A stretch of DNA of 64,000 nucleotides from an uncultured Candidatus Peribacteria bacterium (GTDB taxonomy: Bacteria; Patescibacteriota; Gracilibacteria; Peribacterales; Peribacteraceae), in contig CAZWNJ010000001.1 of the NCBI GenBank assembly GCA_964635215.1, positions 254,741 to 318,740 on the forward strand, written 5' to 3'. The notes beneath the pieces are model-generated. The model was not told the DNA's origin and made no database searches. It worked only from the letters and a program-made list of their open reading frames with translations. Position 1 is the stretch's first letter; every line of letters starts with the position of its first letter. This document shows, piece by piece, positions 9,591 through 17,398 of this stretch. A program made the translations under genes and the position numbers.

Positions 9591-9660
9591 GGGCGCAGAA
9601 TAGCAGGTCAGACGATGATGTATTTGCGTCAAAATTGAGTTCTGTCTAGAGTCTCTCTCC

Positions 9661-10758
9661 ATGCCTCCTCAGCCCGCACCTCTCGGTCAGCTCTCACATG
9701 CGCAGTTCGATGACGCGCTGCTCGCGAGCAATCTCGAGCACTGCGCCTGGCACACTGCGCCCGTCCGCCGCGAGCCGACCTACACCGAGCTTCAATTCTC
9801 CGAGTTTGTGCAGGCTCGTTTACGCTCCGCGCTGCAGGACGATACGGTTCGCCGCGAGTTGAGTGAGCGCCATCACTTGCCGGTGCAGGATCTCGTCCGC
9901 GAAGACCTCTCTGGTCGGCGGAAGTTCATGCGGCACTTCTACTACGAGCTCATCATGCAGGCGACGAAGCGTCACACGCGGATTACCTCGCGTGAACAGA
10001 TGCTCAGCAGTATTCGGCAGGATCTTTGGAATGTATCGGCCGGTTACATCGTTATGGATCAGCCGTCGCATCCGCTTTGGACGATGGGGACGAGTGGGAC
10101 ATCGCCCTCGGGCAAGCCCGTTCGTATCATGGACCCGACGCGAGCTGACCGACGCTTTGCTGCTCAGCTTCACGGCAGTGGCCAGAAATTCCAACCTGGT
10201 CCGGACGGTCCTGTGACGACATTGATCGAGCGTGCCCTTCCAGAACTGCTCACGCGTCATGAAGACTGTCGCATCATTCAATACTGCTTGCCACTGCGAC
10301 AGCGTCTTCTCGAACTTGTCGGTGGAGCGACACATCTCTCGATTGAGACACAGACGGAGTGCATCAACGAGATTGTGGCAGCGTGGGTCGACGTCATTCC
10401 TCCCAACGATGAACACACGCTCAAACAAGCCGAAGAGAAGACGGGTGTGAGTCGCAATGATGCGATTGCAGATATTGAACGTGCACTCGTACAACCGTAC
10501 GTGACGGCGCCTGGTGGCGATCGCGTCTGGCTGGCGACGCTCGAGGAGCGCACGCTGCTGGCCGCCGCCGATCGGCGCCAACAGGAGTACGACGACCTGC
10601 TTGCGGTGTGGGAGCGGGCACTGAAGCGCTCCACTGTTCCGCCGTGCACACGTCCATCGCTCGGACTCGCGTATCTGGCGATCTCCGCCAAGCAGAAGGA
10701 GGCGGCTGACTTCCTCGGTCGCATTCGTATTCTCCCCGACGAGACGACGGCTTCCTGA
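9661..10758 (+). CDS. hypothetical protein (orphan, no motif recognised)
   Basis: 365-aa ORF with an ATG start and strong third-position G/C bias in this frame. The competing minus-strand ORF 9820-10581 looks Arg-rich and antisense-like. Confidence 0.6.
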   Translation: MPPQPAPLGQLSHAQFDDALLASNLEHCAWHTAPVRREPTYTELQFSEFVQARLRSALQDDTVRRELSERHHLPVQDLVREDLSGRRKFMRHFYYELIMQATKRHTRITSREQMLSSIRQDLWNVSAGYIVMDQPSHPLWTMGTSGTSPSGKPVRIMDPTRADRRFAAQLHGSGQKFQPGPDGPVTTLIERALPELLTRHEDCRIIQYCLPLRQRLLELVGGATHLSIETQTECINEIVAAWVDVIPPNDEHTLKQAEEKTGVSRNDAIADIERALVQPYVTAPGGDRVWLATLEERTLLAAADRRQQEYDDLLAVWERALKRSTVPPCTRPSLGLAYLAISAKQKEAADFLGRIRILPDETTAS

Positions 10759-11193
10759 TCAGATCTCCCGCCCCTCCCGCAGGCGACGACTTTCGTCGCG
10801 CGCGCGAATGACCTGGCGACGGTCAGCCTTCTTGCGCCCCTTCGCGACGCCGAGGACGAGCTTGATGTACCGGCCGACTTTCAATTCGAGCGGGATGATC
10901 GTCACGCCTTTTTCCTGACTGAGCGACTGCAGTCGCTCGACTTCGCGTTTGTGTAGGAGCAACGGACGGCGGCGCTTGGGGTCGTAGTCCGTCGTGTCGG
11001 CGTACTTGTACGGAGCGATCATGAGCTGTGCGATCTCCGGTTGGCCGCCGGGGAAGACGACGTAGGCGCCGGCGAATTGCACCTGCCCCGCGCGGCACGA
11101 TTTCACCTCGGGGCCAGTTAAACGCAGTCCGGCTTCTACGGTCTCGAGGATCTCGTAGTCGAAGCGAGCGCGGCGGTTATTCACGGTCTTCAC
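10759..11193 (-). CDS. smpB: SsrA-binding protein
   Basis: NRRARFDYEILETVEAGLRLTGPEVKS...LLLHKREVERL and the basic C-terminal tail are typical of SmpB. Confidence 0.93.
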   Translation of the reverse strand: MKTVNNRRARFDYEILETVEAGLRLTGPEVKSCRAGQVQFAGAYVVFPGGQPEIAQLMIAPYKYADTTDYDPKRRRPLLLHKREVERLQSLSQEKGVTIIPLELKVGRYIKLVLGVAKGRKKADRRQVIRARDESRRLREGREI

Positions 11194-11231
11194 CGCAACA
11201 CTCTATAGGGAACCGCTCTTTGAGCGTACAA

Positions 11232-11259
11232 TTGACAGAATATATTTCTGTTCTACCAT
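11232..11259 (+). promoter_or_regulatory. sigma70-like promoter; predicted start site coincides with the ATG at 11266 (possible leaderless mRNA)
   Basis: TTGACA (11232-11237), 16-nt spacer, TACCAT (11254-11259). The ATG lies 7 nt downstream and has no Shine-Dalgarno. Confidence 0.45.
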
Positions 11260-11265
11260 CGAACC

Positions 11266-12036
11266 ATGCCTCGGAAACACGACTTAGAATTAGCGATTTG
11301 GACCGTCCGCCTGGAGGGGGATCAAGAGCGACTGACGCCTCAGCCAGCTGTGACCGTGCACGAAGACGGTGGTCGCGAACGCCTGGAGCATCAGGCTGTT
11401 TTCGGACTTCCGAGCATTCTTGTCATTCGCGAGGGAATCGCCGAATGCGTGCGCAGTTCCATGACTCGCCGTAGGCGAATGCAAAAAGAAATCTCCCAGC
11501 TCTCGGGCTCGCTTGTGCAGCGGACGCTTCAGCGGTCTGGATTACCTCAATCCTTTGTGAATAACATGGCCGATTCCGAGATGCATCTCACCGCGCGGCT
11601 CCATCTGCCTGATCCCGTTGAGACACAGCGGATTGATGCCACGGTGAACAATGTCGTCGAGACAGCGATCAGTTCGGTGCTCAAGAGCGGAGATGTCGCA
11701 CCTGACGACGTTTCAGCGCGAGCAATACATCTGGAAAACATCCAACACATTCTCTTCGCCACCAACTATCTAGAGCCCAAGGATCGGCATCACGCGACCA
11801 TCCATATTCGCCAACAGACAGACCTCTATGAGGCGATTGGCACCGTGGTGAATGAATTTCGCCTCGATCTGGCGCCGTTTGTCGCGATGGCCGAAGAGGC
11901 CGGTGTCCCCATGGGGGCCGGCGATATTCGTCATTTGATGATCCAATCTGCACAGGAGACCATTGGCCAAGTGAGCGATATCATTGCTAGAACCGCCCTT
12001 CTGCAGCTTATTCTTCGTACTCTTGATAAAGATTGA
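11266..12036 (+). CDS. hypothetical protein (orphan)
   Basis: 256-aa ORF with an ATG start and a consensus-like promoter immediately upstream. No motif recognised. Confidence 0.6.
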   Translation: MPRKHDLELAIWTVRLEGDQERLTPQPAVTVHEDGGRERLEHQAVFGLPSILVIREGIAECVRSSMTRRRRMQKEISQLSGSLVQRTLQRSGLPQSFVNNMADSEMHLTARLHLPDPVETQRIDATVNNVVETAISSVLKSGDVAPDDVSARAIHLENIQHILFATNYLEPKDRHHATIHIRQQTDLYEAIGTVVNEFRLDLAPFVAMAEEAGVPMGAGDIRHLMIQSAQETIGQVSDIIARTALLQLILRTLDKD

Positions 12037-12060
12037 CAAAAATCCAATAAATAGTATCAT
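12033..12060 (+). promoter_or_regulatory. near-consensus sigma70-like promoter with no downstream ORF
   Basis: TTGACA (12033-12038, overlapping the stop codon of the previous gene), 16-nt spacer, TATCAT (12055-12060). Confidence 0.5.
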
Positions 12061-12066
12061 CTGGTC

Positions 12067-12228
12067 GTTGGTTCACATCGTTGACTCTTCTCCGCCCGGA
12101 TCTTGGCGCATCCATACTGGTGCATCGAGATCCGAGCGGAGGGGCGCAAGCCTCTGCTCTGCGACAAAAAGTCGCCACTGAACCAATGAAGAAATCACCC
12201 CGCTTGGAAACAAGCGGGGTTTCTTTTG
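12067..12228 (+). ncRNA. candidate small RNA of about 160 nt (unclassified)
   Basis: Bounded by the promoter at 12033-12060 and the intrinsic terminator at 12198-12228. No ATG with a Shine-Dalgarno lies inside. Internal helices: TTGGTTCA (12073-12080) with TGAACCAA (12178-12185); CTCCGCCCGGATC with GATCCGAGCGGAG; and a GCAA-capped hairpin GAGCGGAGGGGC-GCAA-GCCTCTGCTC. Confidence 0.3.
12198..12228. terminator. rho-independent terminator (plus-strand T-run; may also serve convergent pilD)
   Basis: CCCCGCTTG-GAAA-CAAGCGGGG followed by TTTCTTTTG. Confidence 0.75.
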
Positions 12229-12233
12229 TGTGC

Positions 12234-13001
12234 TCACCAACCACGAGCCAGAAGCCACGGGACGACGGTCGGGCTGACAATGAGCGCGAGGACGGCGCCG
12301 AGGACGAGGAAGGGTCCGAAGGGAATGTGGTCGTGTCGTTTCAACGTGCCCGTCAGCAGTCCGACGACGGCGACGGCCGCGCCGCTGATGTAGGCGAGCA
12401 GACAGCCGATGAACATGGCGTGCGCGCTGCCAAGGAGGAGTCCAAGTCCGATTCCTAGGACGATGTCGCCGCTGCCGAGCCAGCGCCCGCGGCTGACGAG
12501 CCACTGACTGCCGAAGAACGCGGTTGCGAAGAGGGCACCGTGGAGTGTCAGTTGCCCCTGGAGCATCTGCTCCAGGAGGGCAAGGAGGATGACGGCGCCC
12601 GAGAGGGCGTCGGGGATCGTCTGCGTCTCAGCGTCGATGATGGCGATCACGAGCAGAATGACCAGGGCGAGTCCGAGCACAAGACTCGTGAGGAGCGTGG
12701 GGCTGAGGGCGCCAGCCAGAAGGAAAAGTAACCCCCCGCCGAGCTCCAGGAGCGGGTAACGTGTGGCGATGGCGGCCCGGCAATGTCGGCAGCAGCCACG
12801 CAGCAGCGCGAAGCTGAGGAGCGGCACAAGATCTGGTACTCCGAGGGTGCTCTGACACTGTGGACAACGCGAGCGGCCGAGGACGGACTGGCCGCGTGGC
12901 AGACGCCAGACGAGGACATTCCCAAAGCTACCGAAGGCCAAGCCGAGGACGAAGAGCATCAGCGGTCCAAGAGCGGCCGGCAAGGAGTCGACGGCGGGCA
13001 T
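12234..13001 (-). CDS. pilD: prepilin peptidase (A24 family)
   Basis: FGSFGNVLVWRLPRGQSVLGRSRCPQCQSTLGVPDLVPLLSFALLRGCCRHC (DiS-P-DiS zinc motif), then a polytopic domain with the conserved Asp residues (AIIDAETQTIPD, GSGDIVL). I prefer the ATG at 13001 over the ORF-track start at 13049. Confidence 0.88.
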   Translation of the reverse strand: MPAVDSLPAALGPLMLFVLGLAFGSFGNVLVWRLPRGQSVLGRSRCPQCQSTLGVPDLVPLLSFALLRGCCRHCRAAIATRYPLLELGGGLLFLLAGALSPTLLTSLVLGLALVILLVIAIIDAETQTIPDALSGAVILLALLEQMLQGQLTLHGALFATAFFGSQWLVSRGRWLGSGDIVLGIGLGLLLGSAHAMFIGCLLAYISGAAVAVVGLLTGTLKRHDHIPFGPFLVLGAVLALIVSPTVVPWLLARGW

Positions 13002-13008
13002 GTCTGGC

Positions 13009-13554
13009 TCAGTGTAGCGTCTGGCGCACAGCGGCCAATGACCGCTCAAGTAGGCGGCGGTGCCAACCAGCAGCCGCCCCTAGGGCACCGACGATCAAGA
13101 GCCAGTCCGTCGGTCCCGACTGCGGCAGGGCCGTTGCCTGCGTGACGCTTGCTACCGGCGCGGCCGTTTCCGCAGCGCGCGGAGCGATGGGCGGATGACT
13201 CTCCACGAACGTGTGGATCTCCTGAATGATCGCCGCTGTTGACGATGACGATCGTAGAGACGACGAGGATGAGGCTGTCGATGACGAGGACGAGGACGTT
13301 GGGGCGATGAATTGCGGGGGCGGGAGCGGCGTGGGGGCAGGCACGGCGGGTGGAGGCAGCGGGTCGACGATGCGGGCCAGCAGCGAGTCGCCAGTATCGG
13401 CCTGTGCCATGGCGACGGGCGCGTCAGCAGGGAGGACGTCCGTTCCAGTGCTCAGAAGGTCAGCCGTCGTGGTGTAGACGCCGTACGCGCCGGCGGCGAC
13501 CGAGGCACCGATAACGGCGCCGAGAATCTGACGAACGAGTGGGTGGAGGGTCAT
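13009..13554 (-). CDS. hypothetical Pro/Ser-rich membrane protein with N-terminal TM helix and C-terminal LPQSGP-TM-RR tail
   Basis: MTLHPLVRQILGAVIGASVAAGAYGVY..., a PPPAVPAPTPLPPP stretch, a poly-Ser run, and the ending ...ALPQSGPTDWLLIVGALGAAAGWHRRL. Third-position GC bias is present in this frame. Confidence 0.55.
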   Translation of the reverse strand: MTLHPLVRQILGAVIGASVAAGAYGVYTTTADLLSTGTDVLPADAPVAMAQADTGDSLLARIVDPLPPPAVPAPTPLPPPQFIAPTSSSSSSTASSSSSLRSSSSTAAIIQEIHTFVESHPPIAPRAAETAAPVASVTQATALPQSGPTDWLLIVGALGAAAGWHRRLLERSLAAVRQTLH

Positions 13555-13682
13555 AGGGTGTGGGTTTCTTCGCATTATACTACAAAAATCATCTGGCCGC
13601 GACCGTCCTACTTTGCCTAAATCATAGGTCTATGTTAAAAGCATATTACACAGGCGCCATTCCGCGCCCGTTCCACCACTCT

Positions 13683-14780
13683 ATGAAGCGCGTTCTCCTG
13701 ACTGGCATCGACGGATTCATCGGTCACCACGTGGCCGAGGGCATCCTGAAGAACACCGATTGGAAGATCGTCGGTATGAGCAAGATCGACAGCGCGTCGA
13801 CGCTCCACCGGTTGAGCGACATCGAGGGGTGGTCTGAGAAGTTCGCCCACCGCGTTGAATTCATCCACCATGATTTTCGCTCGCCGGTGAATCCGTACGT
13901 CGCCAACCGCATCGGACCGGTGAACTACATCCTCCACCTAGCCGCCAGCACGCACGTCGATCGCTCGATCGAGGCGCCGATGGAGTTCGTGCTCGACAAC
14001 GTCGTCGGTACGGCCAACGTCCTCGATTATGCCCGCACCCTGCCGGAGCTCGACCTCATGATCTACTTCTCGACCGACGAGGTCTTCGGCCCAGCACCCG
14101 AGGGTGTCGCCTATAAGGAGTGGGATCGTTACCAGTCCAGCAACCCGTACGCCGCTACCAAGGCCGGTGGCGAGGAGCTCTCGTACGCCTACTACAACAC
14201 CTACGGCCTGCCCGTCGCCATCACGCACACCATGAACGTCTTCGGTGAGCGACAGCACCCCGAGAAATTCATTCCGAAGACGATCAACGCCGCCCTGCGC
14301 GGTGAGCGCCTCTTCATTCATGCCGATCCTTCCAAGACGAAAGCCGGCAGCCGCTTCTATATTCATGCGCGCAACGTCGCCGCGGCGATGCTCTTCCTCA
14401 TGAGTGAGCAGCAGAAGGGGACGGCGATCGCCGGTGACAAGTTCAATATCGTCGGTGAGCGCGAAGTGGACAACCTCACGCTGGCCAAGATGATCGCCAA
14501 GGTGGTAGGCAAGGAATTGAACTACGAACTCGTCGACTTCCACGGCAGCCGCCCGGGCCACGACCTGCGCTACGCACTCGATGGCACGAAGCTGGCTCAG
14601 ATGGGCTTCTCGTACCCGATGGGCTTCGAGGAGAGTTTGGAGAAGACCGTCCGCTGGTACCTCGCCAATCCCGCCTGGCTCCTTGATGGTTTCTCACGCG
14701 CACAATTTGCCAAGGAGGCCGCCGTCTACGACCTGATGCATCGCCAGGGCGAAAAGCCTGCCGTTAGGCCCCACGCCTGA
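13683..14780 (+). CDS. NAD-dependent sugar-nucleotide 4,6-dehydratase/epimerase (extended SDR)
   Basis: MKRVLLTGIDGFIGHHV (Rossmann motif), STDEVFG and YAATKAGGEEL (YxxxK). The start is the ATG at 13683; the upstream extension in the ORF track carries no domain. Confidence 0.88.
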   Translation: MKRVLLTGIDGFIGHHVAEGILKNTDWKIVGMSKIDSASTLHRLSDIEGWSEKFAHRVEFIHHDFRSPVNPYVANRIGPVNYILHLAASTHVDRSIEAPMEFVLDNVVGTANVLDYARTLPELDLMIYFSTDEVFGPAPEGVAYKEWDRYQSSNPYAATKAGGEELSYAYYNTYGLPVAITHTMNVFGERQHPEKFIPKTINAALRGERLFIHADPSKTKAGSRFYIHARNVAAAMLFLMSEQQKGTAIAGDKFNIVGEREVDNLTLAKMIAKVVGKELNYELVDFHGSRPGHDLRYALDGTKLAQMGFSYPMGFEESLEKTVRWYLANPAWLLDGFSRAQFAKEAAVYDLMHRQGEKPAVRPHA

Positions 14781-15198
14781 GCAGGCTGCTCTTGTATTTG
14801 TCTGGCTTGAACGCTGCCAGCCGTTCGACCGGACAGGAGAAGTGACTTTCATCCACGCCGGGCGGGAGTTTCTGATCGTAGCCGAGGAGGATGAGGTCCG
14901 GAGCCACCTCGCGGACAGGGGCGAGGAAGTCGCCCTCGGCCGAGCCGAGTAAAACGTGGGCGTGCGGGAAGGCGTCGGCGATGGCGTCGCGACGTACGAG
15001 TTCGGTGTGTTCAGGTGAGCGACTCTTCAATGAAGACACTGTCACATCGCGCGCCACGACGACGAAGAGCTCGCCGCGCTTGCTTGCTTCGGACAGGACG
15101 AACTTGTGGCCGGGATGCAGGCCGTCGAAGGTCCCGAAGACAAGGACACGCTGACGCTTAATGGGCCGAGAGGTCGACGATATAGATGCGCTGGTCAT
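14764..15198 (-). CDS. cytidylyltransferase-like nucleotidyltransferase (FAD synthase RibL / PPAT-like)
   Basis: VLVFGTFDGLHPGHKFVLSEA contains the (T/H)xGH motif of the cytidylyltransferase superfamily. 144 aa. Confidence 0.75.
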   Translation of the reverse strand: MTSASISSTSRPIKRQRVLVFGTFDGLHPGHKFVLSEASKRGELFVVVARDVTVSSLKSRSPEHTELVRRDAIADAFPHAHVLLGSAEGDFLAPVREVAPDLILLGYDQKLPPGVDESHFSCPVERLAAFKPDKYKSSLLRRGA

Positions 15199-17152
15199 CC
15201 ATGACGTAGAGGTGGCCGTCTTCTGGATCGACGTAGAGATCTTTCAGCGTGCCGACCTGCTCGCCCTCGAGCACGTACTGCTTCACGTAGAGCGACTCAC
15301 CATTGGCGCCGCCGTCGGTCGTGACGATCACACGCTTGCCCACCGGATCGAGGAAGTAGAAGTTCCCCTGCTTCACGACTTTCGTCACATCGACCAAGGC
15401 GTCTTTCGGCAGGCGGAGAATCTTGAAGGGCTGCACTTCGCCGCGGTAGTACTTCAGGAGCGTGCCGCCGCGCTTCAAGACGTAGACGTTACCGTCGATC
15501 GTCATGTCGATGGCGTCGGTTAGATCACCGTTCACGTTGTACTGCACCGGGGCGGCGTAGCGATTGGTCAGACGCTCGTACTTGTAGATCTTGCGGTTAG
15601 CGGCCGAGAGGATGTAGAGGTTTCGCTGGTAACTCTTCACATCTTCGCCGCTCACCCAGCCATTGGGGTCCTCGGTCTTCATGGCCTGCGTCTCACCGGC
15701 GGCCAGTTCCACGACTGAGTTATCGGTGGTCAGGAAAGCAACCGAGTCATAGCGCGGGAAAGAAACGGCGTCGACGATGCTCGCTGTATCACCGAGGGCG
15801 ATAGGGTTGTCGACGGAGTTCAGTAGGACGCGGTAGGCGTCCTTATGATCAAAGGCGTAGAACTCGCCGTCACTGACGCCCACGAGGCCCGTGAGTGAGA
15901 CAGTGCCATTCTTGGCAGCCACATTCGCGGCCACGCGCGGCGAGGGGATGCGGATGATATTGTTCAATTCCTCACGCTTACTCTGGATGGTCTGGAGGAG
16001 GTTTAGAGCTTCGGTGCGGTAGAGACCGCTCTTATTCACGATAATCTGGTTGGCGCGCTCCTCGGCCTGTTCCAGGATGTCGTTGGCGTCATCGATCTTG
16101 CCGATGATGCGGCGATTTTCGGCCGTCTTGATACTGTCGTTAATCTGCGTGACGAGCTTCTGGAGGTCGGCCTCGGTTTTGCTGAGCTGGCTTAAGGTAA
16201 AGAGGTGAACCACCGCCCAGATAGTGACGAGCGCGGCCAGGGCACCGGCCAGGAGCAGGAGATGAGCCCGCTTCTTGCGTGTGGGGTGCGAGAGATCAGA
16301 GAGAAGTTGATCGAAGACACCGCGCAGGCGGCGTACGCGCGAGTGGACATCAATTGAAGGTAGGGCAGGCAGTGACAAGCCGGCAGTCGTCTCTTTGAGC
16401 CAGGCCGCGGCCGCGCCCATGGCTTCGCCGCCAAGGGCGGACTTTCCGCTACGACGAGCGGATGCGGGTCGCATGACGGGGGACTGTTCGAAAGCAATCG
16501 CGTTGTGATGTGGCGAGACTTCGATCATCGCCAGGGCGGCGCTCTCGCCCTCGGATTCTAGGGTGGCAGTGAGCGACGTGAGGACAGTCTGGCCGCCGTG
16601 CGATGCCGCTTTGCCGAGCTGGGCGGGCGTGAGGGTGCGAAGCAGGCGCTGCGTCGAGAGGATGACGATGTCCTTCGGCTCCAATTGCCCGCTGGCGATG
16701 TGGACGAAAGCGGGCGTCGGCTTGCCGCCGGTGTATTCGGTCACTTGGCTGGCGCTGCCGCGGCGCACGAGATAGCCCTCGCTGCGGCCGGCGTGTGACA
16801 CGTGCATCGTGCCGTTCGGCTCGCAGATGGCGAGAAGGAGATGAACGTCGTGGAGAGAGCCGCCGACGAGGAGGCCCTTTAAAAGGCCGTTAAGCTCCTT
16901 CAGCGTGCCATCTAGACGGCCGGCGGCATCGCCCTCGGTGACAATCAGAGCGTGCTGGATCGTCTCTAAACAACTACGTTCCATCGTCCGGGCGGCATCG
17001 GCATCACCGTGGGCTTCCAGAAGAAAGACCACGTGTTCGTCGTTCCCGGTGGTGAGGGCGTGAGGGGCAACAGTCCCTCCGGCATGCGCGCGTGTTTGGC
17101 CCGTGCGAACGATGACGTCCATACGGTATGCCAGGCTACTATGGTCGGACAC
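15158..17152 (-). CDS. hypothetical membrane protein (cytoplasmic N-domain, one TM helix, beta-rich extracytoplasmic C-domain)
   Basis: 664-aa ORF with a central TM helix AHLLLLAGALAALVTIWAVVHLF followed by a coiled coil and a beta-strand-rich region. An alternative ATG lies at 17122. Confidence 0.7.
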   Translation of the reverse strand: MSDHSSLAYRMDVIVRTGQTRAHAGGTVAPHALTTGNDEHVVFLLEAHGDADAARTMERSCLETIQHALIVTEGDAAGRLDGTLKELNGLLKGLLVGGSLHDVHLLLAICEPNGTMHVSHAGRSEGYLVRRGSASQVTEYTGGKPTPAFVHIASGQLEPKDIVILSTQRLLRTLTPAQLGKAASHGGQTVLTSLTATLESEGESAALAMIEVSPHHNAIAFEQSPVMRPASARRSGKSALGGEAMGAAAAWLKETTAGLSLPALPSIDVHSRVRRLRGVFDQLLSDLSHPTRKKRAHLLLLAGALAALVTIWAVVHLFTLSQLSKTEADLQKLVTQINDSIKTAENRRIIGKIDDANDILEQAEERANQIIVNKSGLYRTEALNLLQTIQSKREELNNIIRIPSPRVAANVAAKNGTVSLTGLVGVSDGEFYAFDHKDAYRVLLNSVDNPIALGDTASIVDAVSFPRYDSVAFLTTDNSVVELAAGETQAMKTEDPNGWVSGEDVKSYQRNLYILSAANRKIYKYERLTNRYAAPVQYNVNGDLTDAIDMTIDGNVYVLKRGGTLLKYYRGEVQPFKILRLPKDALVDVTKVVKQGNFYFLDPVGKRVIVTTDGGANGESLYVKQYVLEGEQVGTLKDLYVDPEDGHLYVMDDQRIYIVDLSAH

Positions 17153-17398
17153 TGAACATCAATACGATCAGATACTCGCCTGCCCGCTTGTCTGCACACA
17201 ACGCCGGTGCACTTTGCGCGCTTTTTGCCCGTGTTGAGAGTAGTATTTTGACCTAAAAAGCAAAAAAACAAACAAATTTTTTGTTTTTCTTAAGCCAATA
17301 AATCGACTTCATGACATTGATAGCCTTCCAAAATTTGACAGACTGGAGTACAGTGAACTCATCACGAATATCCGTATTCCCCAGTCCCACACACGTCC

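Noticed and set aside
12067-12228. Assigning the candidate small RNA to SRP RNA, 6S RNA or tmRNA (smpB is nearby).
   Set aside because: It has no SRP helix-8 core (CAGGUCCGGAAGGAAGCAGC-like) and no tRNA-like T-arm or CCA end. It is too short for a tmRNA, and I cannot see a 6S-type central bubble. It is left unclassified.
14764-14780. Convergent 3'-end overlaps (14764-14780 and 22918-22940) as possible antisense regulatory devices.
   Set aside because: Short tail-to-tail overlaps are ordinary in compact genomes, and there is no associated structure.
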